Source of the DNA: a virus
Lineage: Duplodnaviria; Caudoviricetes
Length of the DNA: 64,000 nt
Direction: 5' to 3' (one strand)
Virus record (IMG/VR): IMGVR_UViG_3300021478_000453
Location: 1,449-65,448 of that record
The notes under the pieces are model-generated. The model made no database searches, was not told the origin of the DNA, and saw only the letters and a program-made list of their open reading frames with translations. Made by a program: the position numbers and the translations under genes. Positions within the stretch are counted from its first letter, which is position 1; each line of letters opens with the position of its first letter. This document shows, piece after piece, positions 61,630-64,000 of the stretch.

Positions 61630-63977
61630 GACACTGGCCTCGGGAGCTTCTTCATCTCCGCCAGCACTTGCTTGCGCACCCCCATCGATGAGGCGCCCAA
61701 TATCCGCTTGCCCTCTTCGGCGTCGCCGCCACCCAGCTCGGCAACGATCTCGGGATCGATGATCATCTCGCCACCAGCGGTGATGATCGGCGTGTACTCG
61801 TCGCCTTCATAGACGCCGCCGTCCGCGTACTTCACGTTGGGCGTTGGCATCCGCAGCGATGGCATCTTGAGCGTGCGCTGCTTGATCGCGTTCTTGATGC
61901 CCATCGGGCCGATCGCATGCGAGATGGATTGCCCCCACATCTTCGCGCCGGCCGCGGTGTTGCCTTGTCCCAGCCCGGACACGACGTCGGCCGGCAGGAC
62001 GAACGAGCCGGTGCGCGCTTGCATGGGGATGCGATCGGTGCGCCCGGGGACGGTGGAGTGAATGAGATGCGCGCCTGGCACCTTGAGGATGGGTGTCGGC
62101 TTAGGGATGGAAGCGCGCGTGTTAAGCCCGGTGAAATGCGCTTGCTTGAAAGCGGTGTTCATTTGCGGGATGCCGAGACCGCCGACCGCCAGACGGACAG
62201 GACCTCCGCGCGCAAGGTTGCTCTCGCGCTCCCAATCCGATTGGCCCTTCGGATTGATGACCGTCATCGGATATCGGTCTTGCGGTGCGGGCGGGGGCGC
62301 CCATTCTGACGGGTTGCCCTTGAACACCTCCCGATTCATGGCCCACGGCAGCATTGGCTGATTCTGCGGCTCTATCGGATGCGCAAGATCGCGCGCCCGT
62401 AGTTCGTCCACCCCCATTTCCCGTTTTTTTGGCAACCTTGTTGGCGGATAACTTAAATAAGTTCGCGGGATCGGCCGCATTGGCTGCGGCGACGGACGCA
62501 AGCGCTCCCGCGCCTGCAGCTCATCCTCTCCCTCCGCGCCACGCCAATCGGTTGATTCCGGTGTCACCCGCGGATCGCGTCGCGGCGTCGGTATGCCGCC
62601 CTGTTGGTAGTAACCAGGGAGATCGACCAAGCCGCCTTGCGCAAATGTTGGTGCCATCGGCTGTTGCTGCTGTTGCTGTTGCGATAGCCCGGCCGCCGGC
62701 GGGGGCGGCGGGTTCGACTCACCTCGGCTCCATCCGATATCCCCGAACATATCACCCAGCTGTTGGGGCGTGTAAATCGAGGCGAGCGCCGGGCCAAGCA
62801 TCGGATTGGCCTGCATGAAGGCGGCAACCGCACCCGGATTTCGCCGCACACCCTGCGCGATCTGGTCAGCGCGGGAAGGATCGGGCACGCCGCTACCGTA
62901 GGCGACGTCAGCAATGATCTGCGCAACCTGTGCCGGCGAAGCTGCGGGTGCTGGGGGCGCGAGCCCCGGTGTTGGCGCAGGTGCAGCAGGCTCGGTCGGT
63001 GCGGGCGTAGTAGGCGTAGTAGGTGCCGTAGGTGCCGTAGGTGGTGCCGTGGTTGCTGGAGGCGTGGGCGCAGCAGGTGCCGTCGTTGGAGGCGTGGGTG
63101 CTGCAGGCGGCGCGGGTGGGGTGAAAGGATGCGCTTCGCGCCACTCTGGCCCCGCCGTCATCCATTGCTCATAGGTCAGGCTTGGAGAAGCAGGAGCGGC
63201 AGGAGGCGTGGGGGTCTGCGTCGGCGGAGGCGAGATAGCATCTGGAGTAAGTTGCGGTTCTTCGGGAGGCTCTTCCACTGGTCCCAGCGCATACGGACCG
63301 AATGAACCGTAGTTGTTGGGATCATAAGGCGCCTCGGGCTCTGCAGGCGGCGGTGCCGCCGGAGCTGTCGTTGTAGCCGGCGGCGCTGCCTCTGGCGGTG
63401 GCGCTGCTTGTTGCTCTCGTTGTGCCTCCAGCAAAGGCCCCCAATTTCCGGCGCCCCAAGCGGCAGCGCCAGCGCGATCGGCATTAGCCTGCTGGATTGC
63501 GCTGAGAAGGGCCTGACCTTGCGATTGGATACCTTGGTACTGCTGCGGCCCGAGATAGCCCCTGCTCTCCCCCATCGCGGCGCGAGAACCGAAAATCGGA
63601 ATCGAGCCAAGCGCAGCGTGCATGAAATCACGTACTGACGTGCGGCCATCCATCACGGCAATCTTTTGCTGATCGGTCATGCGAGCGATGTAATCGCGCA
63701 TCGCATTGCCGGCGCCCTCGTTGCTTTTTGTAGTTTTATCCGTGAGTTCCCGCATGCCTTTGTCGAAGGCCGCCACCTTCTCCGCGTTCGACGCCTTTCC
63801 GAGCGGCGGCTCATAGACCTTATCCGCCGCACGCCCCATGAGTGATCGCACCTCATCTCGATGGTCTTGCTGCGCCTGCTCCTGCTGCTCTGGTGGCAGC
63901 AGCGCTTCCCGATCAGCATCGGACAACGGCGGCGTACCTTCGGGCGGCGCTTCGTAGGCACTCCGATCAACCGGCAT
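61626..63977 (-). CDS. Pro-rich internal virion protein with a tape-measure-like C-terminal module
   Basis: PGRTDRIP...GSFVLPADVVSGLGQGN..AGAK and GGEMIIDPEIVAELGGGD..EGKRIL. Confidence 0.65.
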   Translation of the reverse strand: MPVDRSAYEAPPEGTPPLSDADREALLPPEQQEQAQQDHRDEVRSLMGRAADKVYEPPLGKASNAEKVAAFDKGMRELTDKTTKSNEGAGNAMRDYIARMTDQQKIAVMDGRTSVRDFMHAALGSIPIFGSRAAMGESRGYLGPQQYQGIQSQGQALLSAIQQANADRAGAAAWGAGNWGPLLEAQREQQAAPPPEAAPPATTTAPAAPPPAEPEAPYDPNNYGSFGPYALGPVEEPPEEPQLTPDAISPPPTQTPTPPAAPASPSLTYEQWMTAGPEWREAHPFTPPAPPAAPTPPTTAPAAPTPPATTAPPTAPTAPTTPTTPAPTEPAAPAPTPGLAPPAPAASPAQVAQIIADVAYGSGVPDPSRADQIAQGVRRNPGAVAAFMQANPMLGPALASIYTPQQLGDMFGDIGWSRGESNPPPPPAAGLSQQQQQQQPMAPTFAQGGLVDLPGYYQQGGIPTPRRDPRVTPESTDWRGAEGEDELQARERLRPSPQPMRPIPRTYLSYPPTRLPKKREMGVDELRARDLAHPIEPQNQPMLPWAMNREVFKGNPSEWAPPPAPQDRYPMTVINPKGQSDWERESNLARGGPVRLAVGGLGIPQMNTAFKQAHFTGLNTRASIPKPTPILKVPGAHLIHSTVPGRTDRIPMQARTGSFVLPADVVSGLGQGNTAAGAKMWGQSISHAIGPMGIKNAIKQRTLKMPSLRMPTPNVKYADGGVYEGDEYTPIITAGGEMIIDPEIVAELGGGDAEEGKRILGASSMGVRKQVLAEMKKLPRPVS

Positions 63978-64000
63978 CTCGGTGGGCGGTGCTTCAACAG

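Noticed and set aside
1-64000. Integrase/att sites, DNA polymerase or primase, tRNAs, stop-codon reassignment
   Set aside because: None recognised. All three stop codons terminate genes normally, and the missing functions may lie outside the window.

Overview
The window is 64 kb of a high-GC (roughly 65% by eye) tailed dsDNA phage genome with podovirus-like architecture. The host is probably an Alphaproteobacterium of the Hyphomicrobiales type, inferred from a VPGPxxGAG C-terminal sorting signal and a parS-type palindrome. Minus strand 1-23 kb holds TerL, portal, a GroES-like co-chaperonin, scaffold, decoration and major capsid proteins, adaptor and nozzle proteins, a collagen fibre, and a PP-loop enzyme cassette truncated at the left edge. 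The 23-28.5 kb stretch holds small genes, TerS and a non-coding putative packaging/terminus region. Plus strand 28.9-39.2 kb is an early region with a DUF6011-like protein, a Ycf46-like AAA+ operon, an HTH, an SF2 helicase and an Acb2/Tad1-like protein. The 39-47.6 kb stretch holds a PEP-CTERM-like protein, a DNA MTase, RusA, an RHH protein, an alpha-CTD mimic and an ERF recombinase. Minus strand 48-64 kb holds ejection proteins (LPD38-like), a GNAT, a two-domain endolysin and a secreted collagen/beta-helix protein. No integrase, DNA polymerase, tRNA or CRISPR array was seen. Main highlights: (1) a complete type II hammerhead ribozyme directly upstream of the AAA+ ATPase RBS, within an early-mRNA system of seven GGAGTCT(G/A)A ribosome-binding motifs and two switch-like hairpins; (2) about 30 copies of an x-x-x-G-G-x-V motif in seven likely capsid-internal proteins; (3) a perfect parS palindrome with no parB in the window; (4) a roughly 17 kb CTGCAG-free zone that ends just before the phage MTase; (5) a PP-loop/asparagine-synthetase-like enzyme with a His-rich peptide. 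All family assignments come from remembered motifs; no database searches were run.
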